Shown: one piece after another, positions 46,201-58,300 of the stretch
How positions within the stretch are numbered: the first letter of the stretch is position 1
Layout of the letters: every line of letters starts with the position of its first letter
Source of the DNA: Balanoglossus misakiensis
Taxonomy: Eukaryota; Animalia; Hemichordata
Direction: 5' to 3'
Assembly: GCA_040954595.2 (NCBI GenBank)
Contig: CM082596.2
Span: 186,001 to 250,000 of the forward strand
DNA: 64,000 bases
Position numbers and translations under genes: made by a program
The notes under the pieces: generated by a model
Databases searched by the model: none
The model's input: the letters and a program-made list of their open reading frames with translations, nothing else
Told to the model about the DNA's origin: nothing

Positions 46201-46222
46201 CGGAGAACCCATTAAGATATGA
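40279..46222 (+). CDS. Afadin/RADIL-like protein: two Ras-association (RA) domains, long low-complexity linker, C-terminal PDZ; about 848 aa
   Basis: Exons 40279-40308, 40681-40760, 41085-41161, 41463-41541, 41778-41841, 42055-42187, 42973-43097, 43473-43672, 43997-45575, 45762-45893, 46175-46222 join in frame (2547 nt). RA1: GCVKVDVSVLESGCRYKTFVIHETTTSKELILRTLVKY. RA2: VKVYGGILMPEAPYKTCYISLLSTCSDLIELVFKRY..DPSDFCLHEV..RPLSDNDLPYTIQMSW..FRLRR. PDZ: WGITL..VRVRHIAPNS..RLRKGDIIMEVNHQIVLGATLNAVRMLIDSAVGHLLLVVAR. The start exon is uncertain. Confidence 0.75.
40858..40871. promoter_or_regulatory. RFX X-box
   Basis: GTTGCTATGGCAAC matches the X-box consensus exactly. It lies in an early intron of the RA-PDZ gene, with a partial second site GTTGCTATTGACAT near 39877. 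Confidence 0.65.
42293..42431. repeat. Two-copy tandem duplication of about 70 bp (intronic)
   Basis: gtagtctgcaagctacaaaagtgtctta..tgtgacgggatacattca..tctgtgaccttgca occurs at 42293 and again at 42363. Confidence 0.9.
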
Positions 46223-46323
46223 AATTCAGACACAAAGTTTGGATACAATGGATTGTCAGGTTTCACAACATTTCCCATTTTGCAAGAATAAAACAAAGTA
46301 AAATGCCAAAGGGACACACTTGA

Positions 46324-46336
46324 CACTAGGTGGCGC
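46324..46336 (+). promoter_or_regulatory. CTCF-like site
   Basis: CACTAGGTGGCGC, just 3' of the RA-PDZ stop codon. Confidence 0.5.
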
Positions 46337-49300
46337 CATACCATTATTATTATGTCCAAGGCAGTTGTTGTACCATTTTAACAAATGTTGTGTAAACTTG
46401 CCGACCAAATGTGAAGGTCATTCATTTAATTTCCTGTGCTATTCTATCAGGATTGCATTGATTTTATGGAAACTAAACTGAGATCAGTGCTCGCACTGAA
46501 TTTGCCAGATAGTTTAAAAAAAAAATATTTGTATACTTGAATAAAACTGACTGCAAAATTCAAACAATTTAGCCTTGGATGATCGCTATTATTTTATTTC
46601 TTTATAATCTTGCCGTTTGTCATTGTTGTTTACTTAAAAATAATTTACAAATAGCATCAAGAATTTAACCAATTCCCCTAAAATATTAGTAAAGTATACC
46701 CAAACATATATAATATGGTGTCCCTGTAGGGCAGGTTGCTCCGAGTTGAGGCAATTTCATAACTGATTTATTTATGGATGCTCTAAGGTATGAAGTTTTA
46801 TGGCTTATAAATTTTGTCTTGACATTTCAATAATTCTTACATAAATGTACAAGTGGTGTTTGAAACAGTCAAAACAGTCTTTACCAAAGCAATTTGTTTT
46901 CTTTTGTTTTACCTCAGCACACTCTGCTCGAAATGGTTTGGTTCATGCATGTTTTTGCTGCAGGTTTATGTTGACTTGCATAGTCCAGAATTTAAGTTTG
47001 ACCATTTTTCATCATGTTGTCACGACCTGTACCGGTACTTTTGTGTACGTTTGTTTGGTTGTTTGTTTGTTTTCATGAATAAATATTTTACTATGACAAT
47101 AAATTTCATATGTTGATGTGCATTGCAAACTTTTAATTTTTTATCAATTTGAAATCCACCTCATCGATTCTCACAAATCATGAATAGCATTATAAATCTT
47201 GAAAACCATGACGATCACTTAATAAAGAGAGATGAAATAATGATCACACAAGTATCAGAAAGAAATGGTTCAGGCGCATTTGCCACGGTAACGTAATCAA
47301 CTCACGCCACCCTACTGTCTCTTGCCTCGATTTAACTTTCTCAATCCATCGTCGGAGGCGAGAATGTGCTACATTCTAATGACTACCCTGAAGGCTTAAG
47401 TGTGGCTGGAATCTAAAAACAGCTAGGGCCTGTTTTTATGTTTTTTGAAAAGTTTAACACTGAGCTGAGCAAGAAATGCAATACATGTATTGAGCAGAGG
47501 GAAATGGAAGTACATCCTATGCTTTGAAGCCAGGTAGCATAAGCTTGTATTTTCTAGAAATATATCGTTTCCAGTTTATACTGCTGAGAACGATTTTGAT
47601 GTTGTGTGGGAAAAGTATTAAAGCATGATCTAGCCATCTCTCAGATGTTGGCTCTCAGATTGAACAAGTGTTGGTGTGGCTTATTTGAAAAAGAAAAGAG
47701 ACATGTCAATGAAGCCCAAATGCAAGGGCTGGATGCTGACTATATACTTTTATTGGTTTGTAATGAGAGTCAATGTGCGGGTACACATTTAATGGACAGT
47801 GTGATGTGTTTGCTCTTTCGGTGAGAAGTTTAACAACAACATTATTTTAACTGTAAAAAATAAAAACAACCAGAACTTATCTAAAGATGATGAACAAAAC
47901 TGAACAAGGCATACTATATGGTACTAACATATACACATTTAATAAGAGACAATTTACAAAGGGAATTTTTATTCAGAAATTGAAAACAGAGAATGACACA
48001 TGCATGATAATAATATTGAAGCTGAGACTTAATTGCCGCGAACAAACTGAACATCATTAACGATAATCATGGGCTTCTATACAATAAACAAGTTACACAA
48101 TGCTTATCACGCAATAGACACTTTCTTTTTATTTCACAAGATTCTGTGAGAATTCGCGTGGCTTTAGGCAGGTTATATTATGGGTGGACATTCTTGTGTG
48201 AAAGACAAACAGCCCAATTGGGCTCATCAATAGCATAACAGATACAATTTTTGTTAACACTCTGCACCTATTCTAGTTTCATAGACCGTCACAACTTGAT
48301 TACATTACTTGGCCACCAACCTTTTTGCTGCAATAATTAACAAAGTCTTGCAATGAGCAGAAACCATCTAATATATAAACAGCTACAATAATAAGTGTTT
48401 GAATGGCACTCACTTCTACATTAAATTATTGGGACGGTTTGAGATATGAAAAGGCAATATTGTAGTATTGATAATATATGGAAATAGTGGAGGGATACAA
48501 TTTGTCTGTTTAATAAATGATATATTTACGTTTTTTGTGTTGGTCATAAACTATCTGCTGACCTGATGATTTATTGTTTGTTTGTTGGCTGTGTGAATAT
48601 AGGATAATATGGAGCGATGTGACCTTTGATCTTAAGGCAAGATATGTGTCATGAAGGACGGTTTACATGAATTCTCTTAATTGATGTACTTTGCCATTTT
48701 CATTAAACAACAACCACGGCGGATTATTTCACTTAGATGTGACTATATGATGTATATCACTGTTCAACCACAAATACTCATCAATTAATGATGACAATTA
48801 AAGGGGATAAAATACAACAATGATGAACACTTTAAACTAAAGTACGAAAGACATCTGGTGAGATAAAAACCGTAATTTCTTTTGTACGGAATCCTGTGTA
48901 AAATTGTGCCTTAATTCTAAAGCTCGCGTTGTAATTTATTCATTATTCATTACGGTACATGTATATGTGTAAAGGGGAGAAACAGAAAGTCTTAACTTGA
49001 AGTTCACACTCATAATGGTGACACATTAAAGTCATTCTTAGTTCTGAGAGACTGTCAGTGCATTATAATGTTGTATTTAAGCTAAAATACCAGCTCTTGA
49101 AATGATAATGGACTAACCTATTTAATACGTACACATTATTTTTTTACAAGAATCAGTGCTTAAAAATATTCATACAATATGACATACATGTATATACCTG
49201 CAAAAAGACCAAACATCCTCACAAGTTTATCGCAACACCTTTTCAGTTTGACCCGCATGTATTTTATCTACTTCAAAAAAGGCTTATAATAATCCCAAAT

Positions 49301-49410
49301 TTGATGAGTCCCATTTTTAAATGATAATTTCATGAGGTCAGGATTTAGGTACGCTGGCATACACGTAAAAGTTCTTTTGTATATATTTTATATATTACAT
49401 TTATATGTTT

Positions 49411-49450
49411 GCACCACAGCTCTAGAATTTGCACCACAGCTCTAGAATTT
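49411..49450. repeat. 20-bp direct tandem duplication
   Basis: gcaccacagctctagaattt occurs twice in tandem. Confidence 0.9.
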
Positions 49451-50313
49451 TACTTATGGTTGTTTCCTAAAATAATTTTATGTACAGAAAATCTGATTCT
49501 ACTATTAATTTATATTCACATATTTAACATTGAAATATATATGGCAAATTTTCATGCCACATGCTTTATACCAGTAAATAATCTCTACATGTAACAGATA
49601 AAACTCAACAAATGAATATGTCACATAACACTTAGTTTCCGACTCTGAGGTTAAGGAAAGTAAAGTTAGGAACCGGATAATGAAATAGTGTGTAATGATG
49701 TGACATGTAAATGATTATTTTCAGATGCAATGTGATTTCAATGTTTTACACTGTCAGGATGGAAGTATATATATTTTCACTTTATGGAACTCACTGGACT
49801 TGAACGAACACACTTCGGACAACACTAGCTACAGATCGGCACAAAAACAGTTGGCCAGGCTTCCATTTTACCCAGTCTAGTCCTCGGATACAGAACACAT
49901 GTACACATACTTTGAACACTAACACACATATTGAAACGCCAGCAAGTAACTGACTATACATGTATATCTCCTCGGGTACCAAAACCAGTAGGTGAAAGTG
50001 ATATTAATTAAGATATAAATCCCTAAATCATCTGTGCATGTAAATCTATGTAGAAATGTTCATCAACATGCTAAATATGACCATAAAGTGCACAAATTGG
50101 ACATAAATTATTGTATAAATATCTTCATTTAAATATATCAACAAGATTACACAACAAAAGACATTGTGAATTATAAATATATGAATCTGGTTTAGGTAAA
50201 TACTATATGAGACTCATGCAGTCACATTATACGTCATTTAGTGTTACCAAAAATAATATCTACCGGTATAGTCACTGATTTCTGTTTCAGCTGACAAATA
50301 ATTCATATTTTTA

Positions 50314-52057
50314 TTAGACTGATGTAAACATTTCTACATATCGAGTATCTGCTATCTTTTTCTGTCGATAAGCAGGTGAAGTCTTGGGTTCTGGAGTCGT
50401 AGGTGTTGTTGGTAATGAAGAAGAGTCCCTAGCCCTGGATTGTGAATCTGATGAGACGGAAATCACAGGTGGGGCATCTCCTTCATAATTGTACGGCCCT
50501 GCAAAATTGACGCAGGCCGTCCTTTGCATGAGCGACACAGCCGTGGTGCAGGACCCCGTCCTCGTTGCTGGTGTTTTGTAGAATCTCGCTGATCCATAGC
50601 GATAATCTCGATCACTAGAATTCATCGTTCCAGAGCGTCGAAACAGGCTGATTCGACGCCCACAACACAACCTCTTCAGCTCATGGAGAAGGTTTCCACT
50701 GAATGCCATGTAGATCCAAGGGTTTGTACAGCTGTTTAACGTTGCCAATATCTGCATTGTGACAACCATGGGCACTGTTGACAAAAAAGACCATTTATAT
50801 ATATATATTAATAAATACGGTATACCGGTTTGTCTTTTGTGGTTCAGGCCTAAGTTGAACTTGACTGTTTATCAAGAAAGCATGCAGGTGTTCAGTGATA
50901 TTTTAGAATGTTGAAATAAGTGAGAAATGTGCATGATCAAACTTAACGCACCAACTTAAATGTTAGCCACAAGTATGACGCAGAACACATGTATTCTTAC
51001 CTTCCATGTTAGGATTCGTTGCCCAGCCAGCCCACAGCTGAACAGCAAAAAATGGAGTCCAACACAGGAAATATACGATGACAATGACAAGGGTCATTTT
51101 TGCCATTTTGATCTTGGCCTTAGTGATCCCTCTTCCAGCATAATGGGTCCTTGGCATGATGTTACCTCTGGTATTTGACTGCAGGTCACCATTCCGCAAA
51201 CTGTTTGAGAAACTGTGAGCATGTCCATTGGCATACGTAGGCCTGTGAGCCTTGTTATCCCATTGAGATTTCAACTGTGCATTTCTGGATATTTCCCTCC
51301 ATATCATTCCGTATGCCCAAGCCAGCAGCAAAGTTGGGAGAATGTAAACTAGGATTGCAACACATGTGATGTAAATGCCTTTTGCCTTGGAAAACCAGGA
51401 CCTGGACCTACAGTAGGTGAATTCTGGGGTCAAATGAACAAGGTGGAAAATAAAGATCTGCGGAATGCTGAAGATGAGTGACATAATCCAAGCTGTACCA
51501 ATCATGATCCGCACGCGTGCCTGTGTCCCCTTCATTCCTGACATGGGATGGCAAATTGCCATGTATCTGTCCAGTGCTGTCATAACCAAAACGTATGTCG
51601 GTAAATACATACTGACTACCTGAACATATTTCACCAGACGACAGACAAAATCTGGTGCCAAAAACTCGAAGGTAATATCCCACACCAGTTGAGGCAACAT
51701 GCCAAAGAAAACACTGATTAAGTCGGCTATACTAAGGTGCATAATGAAAACGTGCATGCGAGTCATTGTTCGGCGTTTTCTCCACAAAGTCACCAGAACA
51801 CACAGGTTTCCAACCAGAGCTAAGACCAGCACTGTAACCTCTTCAATGATTTCAATCTTTGCTAGGTTTTCATCACGAGATATCTTTCTATATGATGAGT
51901 TTGTGCTCTGCGTTGTAAGAGAAGAGACGCTTGGCACTGCGTGGCTTGTGGCATACGGCAGAATGCTGACATCTGTTTGATTGTCAAACAGTTCGTTGTA
52001 CCCATGATGGTTCATGTCCATCAGACTTGATGTGTCCATTGACATGTAGTTTTCCAT
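50314..52057 (-). CDS. Vasopressin/oxytocin-type rhodopsin GPCR, 2 coding exons, about 505 aa
   Basis: Exons 52057-51001 and 50774-50314 (phase-1 intron between TM6 and TM7, the position typical of VP/OT receptors). Motifs: RDENLAKIEI, RMHVFIMHLSIADL, PQLVWDITFEF, PDFVCRLVKYVQ, DRYMAICHPM, SIPQIFIF, KAKIKMAKMT, CWTPFFAVQLW, LATLNSCTNPWIY. An upstream acceptor at about 52151 implies non-coding 5' exon(s). Confidence 0.92.
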
Positions 52058-52336
52058 GATGTCTTCCGCACTACAGTTTCTATGTGTTAATGTTCACAGT
52101 TTCAAAATTGGGATATGTTAAACATACCCAGTGTTGACGACACTCAGGATCTGGAAGAAACAGATGACATTTTGTTAGTGACATCACATCTTAACCTCAA
52201 TAATTATGTTACATTGTACATGTATACATTACCATGCAACATATCACTGTTTATTAGGAGGAACTGTAAGTAAACCAGTTTCTCCAGCAGTTGCTACAGA
52301 ATAATGTGACAAAGTAGAGAGAGATGAACCCCCACC

Positions 52337-52390
52337 CTAGACTGAAAGAATTGCCGGAGCGCCCGCGCACGACTGAATCTTTCAGTCTAG
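52337..52390. mobile_element. Tiny inverted-repeat element (possible Academ-like MITE remnant)
   Basis: 13-bp perfect inverted repeats CTAGACTGAAAGA / TCTTTCAGTCTAG around a GC-rich core. No clear TSD. Confidence 0.4.
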
Positions 52391-55300
52391 TCACAACTGA
52401 GAATTCCACCGAATCTAAAAATGAACAGTCGACATCAACACTTCATATACCTGGAGTGGTATAACTGCTGCTACTTCATTGACTCAGGACATTATAGTGC
52501 TTTACATACATGAAGTTATTCACATGAACACCCAGAGCAGTTGCATAAATTATAATTAAGAAGAATATTATACTTTTGAATATTTTCACTTAAAAGGCTG
52601 GAACTATGGCAGGTCTGTCTTCTATATATCTACATAAAGACACGTACAATGTGTTTTAAAGATGTATATCACACACGCTTATTCAGAAAAGACCAAACTT
52701 AACGTACATCGTACTTGGTGGGTTTCTCAGTGATCTAATCATGTTTTCTGTCCTGTTGATTCTGGTTTCCATAGTTACTTACTGCGTACATGTAATCTGG
52801 GCAATTTTCACCTTAACGCCTCGGGAAAAGGGAAAACCTTTGATCCACTGAGGCTCGATCTAAAACGTCATGCGGATAATTGATTGCCTTTGCAAGGCCT
52901 AGTCATGGTCACTGTAGGTTAATGGACTAGTTTAAAACCTCAGACACCCGTTTTTGTCCTTGTGTGAAGTTTTGTAAAATAAAATAAAATAGAATAAAGT
53001 CATATAAAATCAACGGGATGAGTATAGGCTAACCAATAATGAACACAATCTTCAATTTGCTATGATTAATTTAATGTCACACATCACCTAAATTTATATC
53101 TCAAGAATACTGCCTAAACCAACCAAGTGATTGCTGATCGACAGCTTCCCAATCTAGGAAGGGAGAACCTATTTTCAGATTTAGACTGAGAAAGATACCT
53201 AATGCCTTTGAGAGCTCATACTGAGTCAGGCATTTTCTCTGGTGTTCTGGTATTTGGAAAATGTTTGTTTGGATCTTATTCGTAGAATATGCAAGGAACT
53301 ATAGCTAAACATTGTGAATCAGTTAACTGTGTGGAACCTTCTAATGAACAGTGCCCATTTTATCAGTTATAATTGGAGTCCCTAAAAGTTTCCCCTAGGT
53401 TTACTCGACTTGACCTCTGCCACAGAAATGCAAACTCACCCTTCATTTTCTCCACTGGATTACATCCTGCCAAAACCAATTAGAGCGAATGAGAACCCTT
53501 TATTTACTTGAATTTACCACGACAGTGCGTGTAATATATCTGGAAAGCTAAACCAGAAATAAGCTGACCTTTTCGTGATGATTAAAATTGATGTGCCAAT
53601 TGTAGATAACATCAATTATAAGGGACGTTAGGAAACTGCTATATCCCTTTGTATTGTAACCACTACGATGATTTGAGTCGGTGAAACTTTTGCCATCTTA
53701 TCGTTTCATTCTTGTAAAGTGGATTTTTTTCTGACCCCTAAATGTAAATGTAGGCATACCTCCAAGCTGTTACTACATACAGTTCCCAATGCGAAATACT
53801 TTTAATTAAAGAAAGGTTCAGAATCGCGGGTGACGGTTGTATCTTCTCTCAAGAGACGACCCTGGAGTAGGAAACTACACAAGGTTTTACTTCAAGTATT
53901 GAATGGGATTTGTTGATACCCTCTCAATTCAGCAAAAGCCTCGGCAAACGTAATGTGACGACCAAAGGGTATCACATAATGAAATCTATAGCAAGGGATC
54001 CAGTTTGTTCCTTGTTCTCGAATGTGTGAACTCTTAATTAATTGTAACAAAATAAAGCATGGTTGGGACATTTCCATCAATCTAGAACTTACCGAAGAAG
54101 CTGATAGGACTGGCCGTCACTGTCAAGAATATGTGACACAGAAGTCACTAACTATAGCATAGATGGATGCTTCCCATGAATTGGGGACTGCCACCTTTTG
54201 CTGACTTTACAACCTAGGGATAGCGGATGAGACATGAAGCTGTTCACATGGCAGGAAGTCGGCTGATGTCACTGTTCAAACAAGCTTACATTCCCAGGTT
54301 AAGCCCGTAAAGATTGGCCAATCACAGCAGGCGACAAATGATCGGATGTATTTATCATTATCAGACTGCCTCGCACTGTCATACGTCCTGAGTATCCAAG
54401 CATTATATCTATATCTCTTTGCTTTTGTGGGCGGCATTGATTGAATTACACGTTCATCTTAAATAGACTTTAGATTGAAATTTGATGCAGTGGAATAGCA
54501 AAAATCATTCTTAGACGCCAAAGCTAGTGGGAAATTGAATGTTTATAAATAATATTCTGAGATTAATAGGACTGTTATCCACGTGGGCTTTTGCTTCAGT
54601 ACGCCTGACAATGTTACCCTGATCTAATTTTTTAATCAAAAAACAAGATCGATTGAATGCTATGAAATTAATGGAAATTTAGCCCGGGTGAGTTTTCTAT
54701 CATTGACTTTCCGAAAATACGAATTTGTAAGTACAAAGATTAAGGAGCCAAGATGAAAGGATAACCCCATCAAATGCAGGAGACGTGTGGAATTATTAAC
54801 ATCAAAAGCCGGCTAATCAAATCAATGTTGTCCTCGTGTACCACTACACATACAGAGTTGATTGAAAAACACTTCAGTATCCAATTCTGAACAATGCGCT
54901 AAGATGAGCGATTTGTTGGCAATCCATTATGAAAACTTTGCGTGAAATTCTAATCTGCGTGAGACTTTACTTTGTGAGAAGATATCCTTATATCGATAAC
55001 AGATTTCCTTTAGTTAGAGCGGTCTTGTGTGCAAAATCATATGCTGAAAAGTCATTATATATTCAATTGTACTAATGCAATGAAATTAATTATCCCTTTG
55101 TCGGGAAATCGGTTCATGTAATAAACACCCAAAGCATGAAAGGCAGAAGCATACATGATACTTTCAGGTAATTATTTTTGTTTTAATTTGCTGTTCGCTG
55201 CACGAAATCTCCCGGTCAGTGATTGATCGACCCAAATGTTGCATTTCTATGCAAATATTAGTTGTGTGCTTAGATTACATGTACATTAGGGCATGATTAC

Positions 55301-58300
55301 ATACATGACTCATTATTCGTAACGTTTCCCCTAATCATCCGTGTCCTGTTTGATGGCGTGTCAGACATGAAGTCTGAAATAACTGGTCTAGATTTACTGA
55401 TACACGTGTGCACATTTGTTTGGGACGTGGTTGATCTTGGGTAATTCTGTTTGGATTGGCGTCTCTGTCATCTGTTAATCAGATAACGTCGACTGCAGCT
55501 GTTGGCAGAAAACCTTGGGTACGGTTGTTTTCTATTTCAAAACATTTTCTGAAAAGTATCAACTTCTTGGAAAGTCGAATAACGTAATGAAGCATTGAGT
55601 TCGTTTATGTTTGCCTCAAGATGCCGTGTGCATTTTGAATGATACAAGCCAAAATCAACTTTTGTCAAACGGTAATCATATTCCAGTTAGCTTCAAGTCA
55701 TGTAAAAATCTCTCGGCAATATTGTTATTATATTGTATCCGTACATGAGCATCACAGAATGGCAGTGCCAGTTTACAAATTGTCCCTTTGCTTATCTGAA
55801 TAACAGGCTGTAGTTCTGATTTTAAAATGCGAAAGGTACAGCAAAAAGTCAACTTTCTATCTTTGAATATGACTTGGAGTCTGATCGCATCTAATTTGAA
55901 TGTCACGCAGGCACACTACAGGCAGGAGCAAGCATGCGTAGTTCAGATTGCATTTATTGATTTCAACTCATTCGATTATTACTCCAGTCAGCATCGACCT
56001 AAGGGATATTACAGGGTAAAGTTACCATAGACACTTTACCTCTCTCCTTTCCTGATGATTACAACGAATACTGTTGCGATGTACATGAAGGCCATACCTC
56101 TTCCTAACAACTAGGAGGATTAAATTGGCCTATTCCTTAATAAGCTAATACATCCAGGTGCAATTACTGAGCTTCAGTTACAACGATTTGCGCGGCCTGT
56201 TTGGAAATATATGCTTCCAGAAGTCAATCGGGCGAGTCATAAACATTACAAAATTGTCACTTTACGTCATCACAAATTCGAACTATTGCATTTCCTGCTT
56301 ATTTGCGAGAACGCTGTAGACTTCACATCATATTGCTTTACAAGATCCAATTTCAGAATGGATCTTGTTACTACAATGGTAATAAATAGGTTGATTAAAT
56401 GCAAAATTCACCATTGGTTCTTTAAGGTAAAAAATCCACAACCTATTTATATCGCTTAAGGATTGTAAATAAACAGTGACTTGCCTGTTCTAAAATTTAA
56501 TATGACAGCAATCTACACGAGTTTTTGGCACCATGATATATCCTTCAAATTTTCTCAAGTAACTGATTAAAGAAAGTGAATCTATTTGAAAGGATGCATA
56601 GACATCAAACCACAACATACGTACATCATGAATTTTGTCGTCGTACTTGACTACTGAGAAGAGAAAATGGGATGTTTAGGATTTGGAAATAGATCAAGAA
56701 GATATGATACGGTACTTGCACCTTTCCCTGGCATTGACCTTCAGCACATAAATGTTAAAGTGTGACATAAAACTATCAACTGCGGTAGCAGACATAACAT
56801 TTAACATCCAATAAATTATGGCCGTCAAGATTAGCTCAACTTGACCACTAATTGTTAACAATGATAGCTTACAATGTATATCTATTACTAATAAGCCTTC
56901 TTAATTAATGAAACTTCATCCCCAGCTTGCAGTGGAGAATGTTCGCCCGTGGGTTATAATAAGAACATAGTTCTTTTCCCCAAACAGGATATTCGCTACT
57001 AGATAGATTTATAAACCAGGGGGTAAAGGTCCTTCAGATATGCTGGTAAATAAAACTGATAAACTAATTTAAATTAACCTAGATACAAACAGCAGAATAG
57101 TAAACAGAAGCGACTGGGCAAGCAAATTAATATCCTCTGTTGCTCCCAGTTCTACATGTTGACTAGCGTTCAGTATGTGAATGGACTGAACAGACTGGAC
57201 AGTTCCAGGTTAGAGGTACATTGTCTTAGTGGAAATGGATAAAGCCAACAGAACCCGGTACCTCAAAAACAATTATTTATACATGAGAAACTGTGCATGC
57301 AGCCAATAATTTTTATAACAGCAACTTTGAACTTCTGGAGTTTAATCTATCAACTACAATCTATGTTTTCCTGCACCAGAACACTTCAAGTTATCGATAT
57401 TCCAGAATAGTCTTCGCAATGTGACATGACGCTGAGACTACTATTTGGGTTAAATGGAGTAATATGTGACGGACAGATACATGTAAGTTAACATGACAGT
57501 ATAAGTGCATGGGACTGACAGACCCACATCTGCAACCCCTGTTGCAATCTTAGCCCGAGGATAAAATCCGACGATGCGTGTATCATCAACATACATGTAA
57601 CTTCAAATCAGGCACTGCGAAAAAGAAGAAGTTAGAAAGCTACATTTATACCCTTCAAGTTCAATCTAAGAGCAGCTTTTACAAATCATTGTTTTATTCT
57701 TTGTGGATTCAAGCTTCTGTATGGTCTTCACTGATGTAGCGCACAGGAAGACACAGTGCAAATGGTGATCTGGTTTCACAGCTATATCAGATTTCAAATC
57801 AATGGTAAACATGACGTTTCTGATCTGAAAATATTAGTTGACACCCTGTTTCATCTTTAACTTGTATTAAACACTGGCAAAATATATTCTAAACATGATC
57901 AACATATCTATTTTATCAAATGTGACGATCACATAATTTTTTGACATCTCAATTTGTTGTTGTATTGCTTCCTTAATTCAGTGGACTCACTGCATGCTGA
58001 GATTCTATATCACTTTCAATTTGAAATGAGGTACTAATTTCAGCCACAGTGTGACATGCGTGTGGTCAATGCTACTTTCCCACTGCAATAATAGAACATT
58101 CTTTGGACCAATATCATTTTCAATTCACCTCACGAAGAATATCTTTAATCACTTTGCATTAAATAATTGCTACATCAGCCTCTTTATACTATTAATCTTT
58201 CGTTCCTATACAATTTCATCATCCCTCATAATCACCTCCGAAATCGAAACCTCATCTGCGCGAAATGGTGATTGCAATTCCAATTATACGGTTATAACCA

